64,000 bases of DNA from Antedon mediterranea (lineage: Eukaryota; Animalia; Echinodermata). The translations under genes were made by a program, and so were the position numbers. Each line of letters begins with the position of its first letter. The first letter of the stretch is position 1. A model generated the notes under the pieces. The model was not told where the DNA came from and did not search any database. It worked only from the letters and a program-made list of their open reading frames with translations. The stretch covers positions 18,101,648 to 18,165,647 of the forward strand of contig NC_092673.1 of the NCBI RefSeq assembly GCF_964355755.1. Reading direction: 5' to 3'. Positions 48,704 to 62,394 of the stretch are shown in pieces.

Positions 48704-51494
48704 CAATAAGTTTGGAGTCGAAATTAAAACAGCTAGGGCCAGGCCTTACCTTCTCTAGGCCTACTAATCTCTCTAGTCTCTTGTACTAGGCTAGACTAGT
48801 TATGGGTGTAATAGACGGTTGATCGGGATCACAGACAATCAGGCCCAGGCGATCGGGCAGCCCAATATTGTTGAAGATTGGTACAAAAGACGATCAGGCA
48901 CAAAATAGAAATGTACGGGTCTAAATGACTCTCACAACTTAAACCAATAAACAATTTTTGTGCTACCGAAGCCATCTTGGTGAGATGACAAACAGTTGTG
49001 ACCAACTGAGCGTAAAAATGGAGAATATAATTATATATCACAAGAATTAGTAATCTATAGAATAATAGAAATTTGTAACAGAGCGTGGATGCCCGCCCTC
49101 ATGATGTATACAGACTAAAGAAGACTTGATTTGACAGATATTATGTCATATTAAATAGAATTATGATAATATATATAAATTTGATTTCTTTTAATTTAAT
49201 TTATATTGTTACATGTTTATGTCTCGTCATATTGTATTTTGTGAGGGTCCCTAGTGATCAGCTTTGGCTGGATGGACCACCCTCATAAAATATTGTTGAA
49301 ATAAAAATAAATAAATAAAACATTTTATAAAACATATTTAATAACAAACTAGTGTACATTCACTTCTACAGAAAATTATTAAATTAGTTCACAAAGAAAG
49401 ACCGAACCACAATAACAAACATCTACCCAGCGTTACTCAGCATGGTCTATTCTTTGCCGCGTAATAATCTACGCCCGGTAAATTAAGTAATTTATGATAT
49501 AAATGTTACATTTGATTAATATTTATTTTTTCTACTAGAAACAAGTTAAATAGATATATTATTAAACTATCCTTCATGAAAACAAGTCAACAAAAATCTA
49601 TCTGCTATGCTATGCCAGGGCTAGGTAGTGCCAGGGTTAGGTAGTGCCATTGTTAACCCACTCACTATAGTTCATCCTCATTATCACTTTGGTAATAGTA
49701 GTGTACAATGACAGAGTATTGACTAAGTTCATTTTATTATCACTCTGTGTAAATATAACCAAAATGGTAATAGTACAGAGAGTTATAAACTGTTGTGTGT
49801 TCTATTTATTATCTTTGTTTAACATTAGAATTTACAATGTTAATATTAAATCTATGGTAAAGATTATCTGATAACAAATTGTATAACAGGAACTCAATAA
49901 TCAAAACAAACAAATCATTATTAACAATTTCTACCCTGGTTTTCTGTATAAGTGTTATAATGAACTTGTTATCATATAAACTGTCCGACCAGAGCAATAT
50001 GTAAAAAAATATATTTAGATTATAAATGCATAACTAACCAATTAGTTAATGATATGACTAGAAACCTACTTAAACAAATTAATTTCCAAAAAATAAAAGT
50101 TACAGTTATTTGGCTAAAAAATATAATTTGTTATAAAGATAATAAATGTTTGCTAAAGTATTCTGACTATATATAGACCCTGAACCAGACCAGATCAAAT
50201 GTGAGAAAACAAATTACCTATCAGAGGTCCCTGAAGCCCATTCAAATAAGACCAATTTTGACAAATATAGTCAGGGCCGTACACAGGATTTTATTTGGGT
50301 AGATGCGGATTAATATATTTTGGACCATTTTCATAATATTGAGTGAAGACGATAAGACCCTATAAAATGTGGACCTTTTGCAATTTGGCGGGGTGGGGGG
50401 GGGGGGCCTGCGTACGACCCTGATAGTGACCCATGAAACCCAAAAAAGAGAGCACATCAACCAGATCTAACATGGGATACCACATAAGACTAAATTAAAG
50501 TATTCATTGTGAATACCTGTTTTAACACCCACTTAGTGTATGTGTATCAGAATGAATGACACAATTGCAGCAAATGCATAACTAACCAATTAGTTAATGA
50601 TATAGAAACCTACTTAAACAAATTAATTTCAAACAAATAAAAGTTACAGTTATTTGGCTAAAAAATATAATTTGTTATAAACTAGAAATCTAGCTAGTCA
50701 ACAGTAAAGTAAAAGATTAGGTCTCGTTAGAATACAGTGTGTGGTATTATGTTTGGACACTAAGAAAACCAAGTTTTTATGGAAAATCTTTATAGCCTAA
50801 ATACTTCTGGGGAATTAGAAGGTGATCCACGCAAACTTCAGAAGTTTAGAAGAAAATAAAGTGCAAAGGCTTTGCACTAAAAAACCCTTATGACATTTTC
50901 TTTAAAGAAATTTAATTTCTTAATTGTAGAAACAAACCCATTTTGAGTAAGAAATAGAAAAATGTGAAACTAGAGAAATAAAAGAGGATAAATTATGTTT
51001 TTAAATAATTTTTCTGTATATAACATACTCAATGTTTGACAATTTCATAGCTAAAACAATTTTTGTCAGAGATTTTTCTTATCAAAAAAAGTAATTGTTC
51101 AGTAGGAGTTGATCAGGAATTGTGTTTTATTTCGGAATCCTTTTAGCCATGTTTGTTTTTTTACTTGAGAAAAATGTTATGCAGATTTGTCAACAAGCTT
51201 ACATTCAGAAAAACAAGGGGCCTGATTATTATTAATGACCTTGTGTATTTGTGTTTACTGTTTGCCTGTTTCCCCTAGATACAGCCAAACAAATCCTATC
51301 AAAATCATTATCGTCAGTTAAATATTAACTTTGTATTTAAACAAAAGATAAATTAAATATCATCTGATTGTTTGAAATGTATAAAGGTTATAGAAATGTT
51401 TGGTTATTACTTCCAGGGCTGTTAGTCAGGGTATTTGTGTGGGGTATTGTACTACCTTACTTTATGATCCATTTATTAATAGACTAAAATGCAC

Positions 51495-52586
51495 GGGTGT
51501 CACGAAAGCTCAGACCACGAAAGCTCAGACCCCCTAAGACCTAAGATCACGAAAGCTAAGACCCAACACCTAAGATTACAAATATTTATCTTTCGCACCT
51601 GCCTTGTATTTTAACTCCCAACAATTATTCTGAATACCACACCTTAGAATTGGCACTTTCATGAAAAAGAATCACATAAAAAGTAACAAATACATTTTTA
51701 AATTAAAGATTTTACAGACGTTTTTCTCGCACACAAAATGACTAGCCTACAGGACAGTAGGCCTACCCCATGGGCCATGTTCAATGTTTTTGTTTCTATG
51801 GAACGTCAAAAGAGCAAAAATTATATAGAGGGCTGAAAACTCTGTGGAGTCCATCTACAGTGTGGATGGAACAATGTAAAATTAAAATTGTAATGATAAT
51901 AGTATAATCATGCAAGTACGAAGAAATAAATACTGGCAAATAAATTTTAATTTAAAAATCATGATAAGTTTTTTTGTTTCGTTTTCTTTCTGTTTTTATA
52001 CTTGTACTATTATTGTTGCTCTTTTGGCGCTCCATAGAAACAAAAACATTGAGCATGGGGGGGCCGAGCTCGAGGAGTTACATTGTCATTACAGTATACA
52101 AAGAAACACATCTGTAAAATCATCAATTTAAAGGATTTATTTATTTGTTATTATGTGTTTCTCCTTCTGAAAGTACTTATAAGTCCTAATTTTAAAGTGT
52201 GGTGTTCAGGATAAAGTTAGTCAACAAATTTGGAGTCAAAATACAAGAAAGGCAGGTGCGTAAGAAAAACATCCTCTGAAGCAACACAATGGAGTAAATA
52301 TATACCAACAAACAACCCGTCAAGTTTGTTTGTTGTAAAGAAAAAATATACATTTACTCAACGGGCGAAAATAATGTGAGTTTATCTATGTTTTGCGGTA
52401 GTATTAAATTATATTTATGGTAATAAATGAAACCTACTGTGTTTAAAATTATGTATGGATAAACAAGTATTGTTTTTAAGCTGTAGTATATCTTAGTATT
52501 TGTAATCTTAGGTGTTGGGTCTTAGCTTTCGTGATCTTAGGTCTTAGGGGGTCTGAGCTTTCGTGGTCTGAGCTTTCGTGACACCC
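51495..52586. mobile_element. Foldback/MULE-like MITE, copy 1
   Basis: TIRs of about 90 bp (gggtgtcacgaaagctcagacc...); 10-bp TSD taaaatgcac. Confidence 0.85.
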
Positions 52587-55355
52587 TAAAATGCACTGCT
52601 TCCCCAGGGCTGTAGTGTTAGTCAGGGTATTTGTGTGGGATATTGTACTACCTTACTTTATGATCCATTTATTAATAGACTGTCACTAAAATGCACTGCT
52701 TCCCCAGGGCTATAATAGTCAGGGTATTTGTGTGGGGTATTGTACTACCTTACTTTATGATTCATTTATTAATAGACTAAAATACACTGCTTCCCAGCAG
52801 GGCTGTTAGTCAGGGTATTTGTGTGGGGTATTGTACTACTGTACCTTACTTTATGGTCCATTTATTAATAGACTAAAATGAATTGCTTCCCAGCAAGGCT
52901 GTTAGTCAGGGTATTTGTGTGTGGTATTGTACTACCTTACTTTATGATCCATTTATTAATAGACTAAAATGCACTGCTTCCCCAGGGCTGTTAGTCAGGG
53001 TATTTGTGTGGGGTATTGCACTACCTTACTTTATGATCCATTTATTAATAGACGAAAATGCACTGCTTCCCCAGGGCTGTTAGACAGGGTATTTGTGTGG
53101 GGTATTGTACTACCTTACTTTATGATCCATTTATTAATAGATTAAAATGCACTGCTTCCCCAGGGCTGTTAGTCAGGGTATTTGTGTGGGGTATTGTACT
53201 ACCTTACTTTATGATCCATTTATTAATAAACTAAGATGCACTGCTTTCCCAGGGCTGTTAGACAGGGTATTTGTGTGGGGTGGGGTATTGTACTACCTTA
53301 CTTTATGATCCATTCATTAATAGACTAAAATGCACTGCTCCCCAGGGCTGTTAGTCAGGGTATTTGTGTGTGGTATTGTACTACCTTACTTTATGATCCA
53401 TTTATTAATAGACTAAAATGCACTGCTTTCCCAGGGCTGTTAGTCAGGGTATTTGTGTGGGGTATTGTACTACCTTACTTTATGATCCATTTATTAATAA
53501 ACTAAAATGCACTGCTTTCCCAGGGCTGTTAGTCAGGGTATTTGTGTGGGGTATTGTACTACCTTACTTTATGATCCATTTATTAATAGACTAAAATGCA
53601 CTGCTTCCCCAGGGCTGTTAGTCAGGGTATTTGTGTGGGGTATTGTACTACCTTACTTTATGATCCATTTATTAATAGACTAAAATGCACTGCTTCCCCA
53701 GGGCTGTTAGTCAAGGGTATTTGTGTGGGGTATTGTACTACCTTACTTTATGATTCATTTATTAATAGACTAAAATGCACTGCTTCCCCAGGGCTATAAT
53801 AGTCACTGAGGGTATTTGTGTGGGATATTGTACTACCTTACTTTATGGTCCATTTATTAATAGACTAAAATGAATTGCTTCCCAGCAAGGCTGTTAGTCA
53901 GGGTATTTGTGTGTGGTATTGCACTACCTTACTTTATGATCCATTTATTAATAGACTAAAATGCACTGCTTCCCCAGGGCTGTTATTAGTCAGGGTATTT
54001 GTGTGGGGTATTGTACTACCTTACTTTATTATCCATTTATTAATAGACTAAAATGCACTGCTTCCCCAGGGCTGTTAGACAGGGTATTTGTGTGGGGTGG
54101 GGTATTGTACTACCTTACTTTATGATCCATTTATTAATAGACTAAAATGCACTGCTTCCCCAGGGCTGTTAGTCAGGGTATTTGTGTGGGGTATTGTACT
54201 ACCTTACTTTATGATCCATTTATTAATAGACTAAAATGCACTGCTTCCCCAGGGCTGTTAGTCAGGGTATTTGTGTGGGGTATTGTACTACCTTACTTTA
54301 TGATCCATTTATTAATAGACTAAAATGCACTGCTTCCCCAGGGCTGTTAGTCAAGGGTATTTGTGTGGGGTATTGTACAGTACTACCTTACTTTATGATT
54401 CATTTATTAATAGACTAAAATGCACTGCTTCCCCAGGGCTATAATAGTCACTGAGGGTATTTGTGTGGGATATTGTACTACCTTACTTTATGGTCCATTT
54501 ATTAATAGACTAAAATGAATTGTTTCCACAGGGCTGTTAGTCAGGGTATTTGTGTGGGGTATTGTACTACCTTACTTTATGATCCATTTATTAATAGACT
54601 AAAATGCACTGCTTCCCCAGGGCTGTTAGTCAGGGTATTTGTGTGGGGTATTGTACTACCTTACTTTATGATCCATTTATTAATAGACTAAAATGCACTG
54701 CTTCCCCAGGGCTGTTAGTCAAGGGTACTTGTGTGGGGTATTGTACTACCTTACTTTATGATCCATTTATTAATAGACTAAAATGCACTGCTTCCCCAGG
54801 GCTGTTAGACAGGGTATTTGTGTGGGGTATTGCACTACCTTACTTTATGATCCATTTATTAATAGACTAAAATGCACTGCTTTCTCAGGGCTGTTAGTCA
54901 GGGTGTTTGTGTGGGGTATTGTACTACCTTACTTTATGATCCATTTATTAATAGACTAAAATGTACTGCTTCCCCACGGCTGTTAGTCAGGGTATTTGTG
55001 TGGGGTATTGTACTACCTTACTTTATGATCCATTTATTAATAGACTAAAATGCACTGCTTCCCCAGGGCTGTTAGTCAGGGTATTTGTGTGGGGTATTGT
55101 ACTACCTTACTTTATGATCCATTTATTAATAGACTAAAATGCACTGCTGTAGTGTCGTACAGTTTATAAATGGGTTATTTAGTAAACACATCCTGGCAAC
55201 GCCAAACTCGTGTAGAATACGCATGCGTGCAGGACACGCAGTAGTACCAAACAGGATATAATAAAAAGATAGAACTGCATTTATAGTGTCTACCGAATCG
55301 TCATTAAAGTCATCGTAAACAATATTACACTGGCGACGAGTAGGATCAAGTAAAA

Positions 55356-55800
55356 ATGGAATCCACACTGGCAAACTTCCCGAACTTCAAAATACGAAAT
55401 TCCGGCGACGATGCGCAAGAATTCGAAAAATACGCAGGCCGACTCGAAAATTTTTCCACGGCTATGAACATCCGGGACGACAAGAGGAAGAGAGCACTGT
55501 TGCTTCACTATGCAGGTGAGAAGGTATACGATATTTTTGGAACTTTGCAGGCAATATTTATGATGAGGCCAAACTAGCAATGAAAAACTACTTTGAGCCC
55601 AAGAAGAATATTCCATTCGCCATCTACACCTTCCGTCAGTTAAGCCAAAATGCCAGCGAGTCGATTGACGACTACGTCACACGCTTACGTCATGCTGCTA
55701 GGACATGCTCGTTTGCGGACGTTGATGGTGAAATAAAAATGCAAATAATATCTCACTGTTGCTCGCCAAAGCTTAGACGTGCGGCTCAACGAGATCCTAC
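55356..55800 (+). pseudogene. gag: Gypsy gag, frameshifted and interrupted
   Basis: KRALLLHYAGEKVYDIF...YTFRQLSQNASESIDDYVTRLR. Confidence 0.85.
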
Positions 55801-57090
55801 CAGTGGTGGCGCCAGCGGGGGGGCTACGGGGACTCTAGCCCCCTCGTCGGGGAACACGGGTACTTTTTGTCGGGGAATATAATATACAGTAAAAAACGTT
55901 CGCGTTCACTTCATATAGCTTCAGCGCCTAGAAAACCACGACGTTCCATTGACCGTGAGAGTACGTCAGAGGGCTATTATGCACTTTATATGCATTCATT
56001 ATTGCCAGCGATCTAACTTACTACTAAACAATAGCTAGGTACGCACTTGTCTGGCGGTATCCCTTTGTACGAATCGTTCAACTTTGGGTCGAGACGCGTG
56101 ATATCAAGTTCCATCCAGGGACCAAAATGTGTAATGTAGTTATTTTCCAGGCGAAGTTTACCGACGGTTACCGAAGGGAACACGGGTACTTTTTGTCGGG
56201 GAATATAATATACAGTAAAAAGCGTTCGCGTTCACTTCGTAGCTAGCTTCAGCGCCTAGAAAGCCGCGACGTTTCATTGACCATGAGAATACGTCAGAGT
56301 GATATTATGCACTTTATATGCATTCATTATTGCCAGCGATCTAACTTACTACTAAACAATAGCTAGGTTCGCACTTGTCTCTGGCGGTATCCCTTTGTAC
56401 GAATCGTTCAACGTTGGGTCGAGACGTGTGATATCATGTTCCATCCAGGGACCAAAATGTGTACTGTAGTTATTTTCCAGGCGAAGTTTACTGACGGTTA
56501 CGTCGTGTACTGCGTCGACGTACGCTACACTACAGCAAAAACGAATTACGTTAATTGTTCGTAAGTTCACCAGTTTTTTTAATTTACAAGTAACCTTCTG
56601 TACCGTGGGGCACCTAAAATAAATTTTTCATCCATTACTATAAACAAAAAAACATGCCATTTTTGCTTAGCCAACATCTTATTATAGCTAAGTTATTACA
56701 TTTTCAATGTCCTGTATGTCATGAATTTCTCACCACTCGGAAGTCCAGATGGTACGCACGCATACACTTGGGAGGAATAAACTTATTTCCCCGACTGAAA
56801 AAGGTCTACGCTTGCGTTTTTTAAGCCTCTAGGCCTGATGTTTCCGAAGTATAAAATGCTATAGTTTTAAACAGTTTTTTAGCTCAGCCCCAACAATAAA
56901 GCTGGTCATATTTCGAAGTACAAGAAGTGCATTTTCCGGGACCTAACATCTCTATTTTTCAAAACATTTCTTAGCTCAGTCACAACCTTGATAGGGACTT
57001 ATATATTTTGTTTCATGTTTTGAAGTATAGGCCTAATAAGTCCAATTTCCTGGACCTCCAACTCTATTTTTCTAAATTTTCTTTGAACTT
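55801..57090. mobile_element. hAT-like non-autonomous insertion in gag, with an internal duplication of about 325 bp
   Basis: Starts cagtggtggcgccagcggggggg; 55851-56170 is repeated at 56177-56500; right end not identified. Confidence 0.55.
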
Positions 57091-57110
57091 CCAAAAGGGC
57101 AGTTAATGCT

Positions 57111-60100
57111 ATGAATAGCGATGATCCAAAAGCTGAATCATCAGAGGATGAGTATTCTTTCTCGTTGAAAAATGAAACCAAAGCGAAGCTACCAAAAGCA
57201 ACACTGAAGGTAAACAATGTTAGTTTACAATTGCTAATCGACAGCGGATCGACAGTCAACATCGTGACTGAAGACGTAGCCAAAAAGCTTAAGGTGAAAA
57301 TAGGTAAAACGAACACGAAGATATATCCTTATGCTGCCGACACCCCCCTTAAAGTTTTGGGTGGATTCAACGCGATGGTGGAATCGAGCAAAAAGATTGT
57401 CCTCGCGGATTTTGTTGTTGTAAAACGTGGCCCCACTCCAATTATCGGATACATCACAGGGGTAGAGCTTGGAATCATTGACATAACATGTAGTATCCCA
57501 CAACAACCCATGACGGACATAACCGCAAAATACGAGAATGTGTTCAAAGGACTGGGTAAGATGAAAGATGCAACAATCAAATTGCACATCAACCCCGACG
57601 CCAAGCCTGTTAATCAAATTCACCGCAGGATACCATTCCACCAACGCGCCGTAGTGGAAGAATGCCTTGACAGAATGCTGCAAGATGAAGTTATAGAGCC
57701 AGCACCTGGACCACACACCTGGATCAATCCGATCGTACTTGTACCCAAAAGCAATGGTAAAACGCGAATGGTTGTGGACATGCGTGAGGCAAACAAAGCG
57801 ATAGGACGCGAGAGGTACTTAACGCCAACGCTAGATGATATAATTTGCAAGCTAACAGGCGCTACCGTGTTTAGCAAAATCGACATGAACAGCGGGTACC
57901 AACAACTACTTCTGCATCCTGATTCGCGCAACATAAGTACATTCTCTACGCACAAAGGACTGTATCATTACAAGCGATTATTTTACGGTATCAACGCTGC
58001 GCACGAGATCTTCAATGAAAAAGTCAAAAACATGCTGAGCGGAGTACAGAACCAACTCAACATAAGTGATGACATTATAATTTTTGGTAAAGACACTAAG
58101 GAACATGATGAAGCTTTAAATGCTGTATTTGAATGTTTGCGTGATTCTAATGTTACAGTAAACAAAGATAAATGTGAATTTTACAAGTCAAATATCACGT
58201 TTTTTTGGCATGGTTTTTTCCAAGGAGGGAATTTCCCCAGATCCTAGGAAAGTTACTGCGATCAAAGCATTAAAGGCCCCAGAATGCATTACAGAATTGC
58301 GTTCCCTTTTTGGTATGGTTAATTTTCTCAGTCGGTTCATTCCAAATTATGCCACTATTACAGCACCTATGCGTAAGTTGCTACAAAGTGACACCAAATT
58401 TGAATGGGGTGAAGAGCAAAACAAAGCTCTAGAAATGCTCAAGGATAAGCTCAATTCTGATCGTGTTATGGCATATTTCGACCCCACACAAACCACCGAT
58501 GTTTATGTAGACGCTAGTCCAGTGGGTCTAGCTGGAATCTTAATGCAAGATGACAAAGTCGTTTTCTGTGGTAATAGGTCATTAACAGCCACTGAAAAAA
58601 GGTATTCCCAAATTGAACGGGAGGCATTGGCCATCGCATGGGCGTGCCATTATTTTCGACTGTTTCTAGTTGGCAAACCATTTAGAGTCTTTACTGACCA
58701 CAAACCGCTACTTTCACTGTTTAACAACCCACGGTCCAAACCCTCTCTCAGAATAGAAAATTGGATACTAAGGTTGCAAATGTTTCAGTTTGAAGTACAG
58801 TATGTTTCCAAAAAGGTTCAACTAATCCTGCCGACTATATGTCACGGTACACATTAGATAAGTGTAATGAAGTAAATAACTGTGTGACTGACAGTGCCAC
58901 TGCATATGTAAATAGGTGTATTGAACAAGCTAAACCTAATGCAATGACTATTGCCGACATTCAGTTAGCAACAGAGTCTGATAAAACGATTCAATGTGTT
59001 CTTAAGTTTATGCTAAATGATAATTGGGATATGGCCAAGTTGAAGCCAGAAGACCTAACTGATGTTGATCTAGAAGACCTCAAATCATATATGAATGTAA
59101 AAGATGAAATAATTTGTTCTGATGATGGCAAAATATTATTAAGAGGCAAAAATATCATTATCCCCCTTAGCTTAAGACGTAAAGTTGTTGACCTCGCTCA
59201 CGAAGGGCACCAGGGGATAGTTAAGACAAAGAATTTATTGCGTTCTAAGGTCTGGTTCCCTAAGTTAGACAAACTTAGTGAAATAGTTGTAAAGGAGTGT
59301 ATGTTGTGTCAGGCTGCAACTCCTCAGTCAGTACGAGCCCCACTCAAAATGTCTGGTTTACCACAAAACAGATGGGAGCAGGTTAGCATAGATTTTTGTC
59401 ATGTTAACAATGAATATGTAATGGTTGTAATCGATGATTACTCACGGTTCCCTGTTGTCGAGCTCCTAACTTCAACTTCAGCAAATGCTGTGATTCCGAA
59501 AATTGACAAAATTTTCAGCATGCTAGGGGTTCCCAAGGTTGTCCGGTCAGATAATGGCCCACCCTTCAACAGTGATGCATTTGATAAATTTTCAAAATAT
59601 CTTGGTTTCCATCACAGGAAAGTAACTCCATTGTGGCCCGAGGCCAACGGTGAAGTCGAGCGCTTTATGCGCACGTTCAAGAAAGTATTATATACCTCTG
59701 AACACTGGAAACAAGACATGTACGTCTTTTTAAGAAATTATAGGGCGACCCCACATTGTACAACGGGTGTTTCACCAGCAAAGGCCCTCTTGGGTATGGA
59801 CCTTAATATTCGATTTCCATCTCTTAAAAGGGAGGAGAGTAGTAATGATGAGTCACTACGACAAACTGACAATCGAAACAAAATTAAGATGAAGCATGAT
59901 GCTGAAAGAAGGAGATGCATCAGAATGTAATCTCAACGTAGGTGACACTGTGTTAGTAAAGCAAGAAAAAAAGAACAAATTTACCACACCTTTCTGTAAA
60001 ACACCTTTAATCATTGTACATAGAAATCATGATCTAATTACAGCTAAACACCCAGATGGTAATAAGATAACCAGAAACTGGTCACACTTTAAAAAGGTAA

Positions 60101-60240
60101 ATCTGCCAAATAGGGCACATGTAAATCCAAAACCGGTTTATAATGATGATACTGTTGTAGTGGGACAAGATCCGATCCCACAACAGACACGCAGATCTTG
60201 TAGACAAGCAAGACGGCCTCAAAGGCTAGTTGAGGAATAA
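57111..60240 (+). pseudogene. pol: Gypsy pol (PR-RT-RH-IN), split by frameshifts
   Basis: LIDSGS protease; ISDDII RT; DAS...EREAL...TDHKPL RNase H; HEGHQG...C..C and SDNG...GEVE integrase. Confidence 0.93.
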
Positions 60241-60594
60241 TGCTATGCATTAGTCCAGAAAGTGAAAGCGTTAAGTTGTTTGTATATAGCAGTTAGCAGT
60301 TTGTAAAAATAAATGTTAAAACAATAACTCTTATTTCAATATCACAGTGTGCATTTTAAATCTAGTAGAAGGGAGATGTAGTGTCGTACAGTTTATAAAT
60401 GGGTTATTTAGTAAACACATCCTGGCAACGCCAAACTCGTGTAGAATACGCATGCGTGCAGACCGAACAGGATATAATAAAAAGATAGAACTGCATTTAT
60501 AGTGTCTACCGAATCGTCATTAAAGTCATCGTAAACAATATTACAACTGCTTCCACAGGGCTGTTAGACAGGGTATTTGTGTGGGGTATTGTAC

Positions 60595-61220
60595 CAGTGG
60601 CGGATCTAGCGGGGGGGCGTGTGGGGCGTACGCCCCCCCCCCCCTATTTTTTAAAGATTTTTTTTTTTTTTGAAAAAAATTAAATAGATTTTAAAAACAC
60701 GTATCGTTTCTACGGTCATTTTCATAGTGAAAATAGTACGTCGGAGCACATCGTCCGCTTGATCGCATTCCACCAAGCATATAGGTCGACATCCTTTGTG
60801 TACTATCAATCTCTAGCGTTACCAACGATCATTCACAGTTAAGTGTAAAAGGAGCAAGTTGATAAAAGCCACGTGGTGAGCTTGGTCGCGTCCTACTAAG
60901 CAGGTCGGCATCCTTTGTGATCGTCACTCCCGTATTGTAGAGTAGCGGTACCTCCGCTGTAAATGTAAAGATGTAAAGTGCAGGCAAGTTGTTAGCTTGC
61001 TTTGGTACCCTAGGTAAGTATCAGCTGCATGTTCCACATGTCGTAATTTGCGAGCTTTAGAGTGTTTGGTAAATGACATTATGAGATGTTTGTAAATCGT
61101 TTTAAACGACTTACAATGCGCTAGAACGCCAAAATTTTCCCCCTGGCCCCCAGCCAATGTTTGCTCGCTTCGCTCGCAAAGCTACGCCACTACTATTTCA
61201 AAATCCTGGATCCGCCCCTG
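60595..61220. mobile_element. hAT-like MITE with a 6-bp TSD
   Basis: cagtggcggatcta ... tggatccgcccctg; ttgtac on both sides. Confidence 0.8.
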
Positions 61221-61315
61221 TTGTACTACCTTACTTTATGATCCATTTATTAATAGACTAAAATACACTGCTTCTCCAGGGCTGTTAGTCAGGGTATTTG
61301 TGTGGGGTATTGTAC

Positions 61316-62394
61316 GGGTGTCACGAAAGCTCAGACCACGAAAGCTCAGACCCCCTAAGACCTAAGATCACGAAAGCTAAGACCCAACACCTAAGATTAC
61401 AAATACTAAGATATACTACAGCTTAAAAACAATACTTGTTTATCCATACATAATTTTAAACACAGTAGGTTTCATTTATTACCATAAATATAATTTAATA
61501 CTACCGCAAAACATAGATAAACTCACATTATTTTCGCCCGTTGAGTAAATGTATATTTTTTCTTTACAACAAACAAACTTGACGGGTTGTTTGTTGGTAT
61601 ATATTTACTCCATTGTGTTGGTTCAGAGGATGTTTTTCTTACGCACCTGCCTTTCTTGTATTTTGACTCCAAATTTGTTGACTAACTTTATCCTGAACAC
61701 CACACATTAAAATTATGACTTATAAGTACTTTCAGAAGGAGAAACACATAATAACAAATAAATAAATCCTTTAAATTGATGATTTTACAGATGTGTTTCT
61801 TTGTATACTGTAATGTAACTCCTCGAGCTCCCATGCTCAATGTTTTTGTTTCTATGGAGCGCCAAAAGAGCAACAATAATAGTACAAGTATAAAAACAGA
61901 AAGAAAACGAAACAAAAAAACTTAACATGATTTTTAAATTAAAATTTATTTGCCAGTATTTATTTCTTCGTACTTGCATGATTATACTATTATCATTACA
62001 ATTTTAATTTTACATTGTTCCATCCACACTGTAGATGGACTCCACAGAGTTTTCAGCCCTCTATATAATTTTTGCTCTTTTGACGTTCCATAGAAACAAA
62101 AACATTGAACATGGCCCATGGGGTAGGCCTACTGTCCTGTAGGCTAGTCATTTTGTGTGCGAGAAAAACGTCTGTAAAATCATCAATTTAAAAATGTATT
62201 TGTTACTTTTTATGTGATTCTTTTTCATGAAAGTGCCAATTCTAAGGTGTGGTATTCAGAATAAATGTTAGGAGTTAAAATACAAGGCAGGTGCGAAAGA
62301 TAAATATTTGTAATCTTAGGTGTTGGGTCTTAGCTTTCGTGATCTTAGGTCTTAGGGGGTCTGAGCTTTCGTGGTCTGAGCTTTCGTGACACCC
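61316..62394. mobile_element. Foldback/MULE-like MITE, copy 2, opposite orientation
   Basis: Same TIRs; 10-bp TSD ggtattgtac; interior is the reverse complement of copy 1. Confidence 0.85.

Larger units (their letters stand above)
55148..60545 (+). mobile_element. Ty3/Gypsy (Mag-like) LTR retrotransposon, defective
   Basis: LTRs 55148-55329 and 60377-60545 (TGT...ACA), PBS tggcgacgag at 55331, PPT agaagggaga, 5-bp TSD actgc. Confidence 0.95.

Noticed and set aside
52587-55147. Regular repeat array as a CRISPR or as tandem microexons
   Set aside because: There are no unique spacers or cas genes and the context is eukaryotic. The ag/gt pairs in the unit give 14- or 23-nt pieces with frameshifts or stops, and TE insertions are tolerated
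57234-58165. Antisense ORFs over pol
   Set aside because: Shadow frames of the retrotransposon coding region
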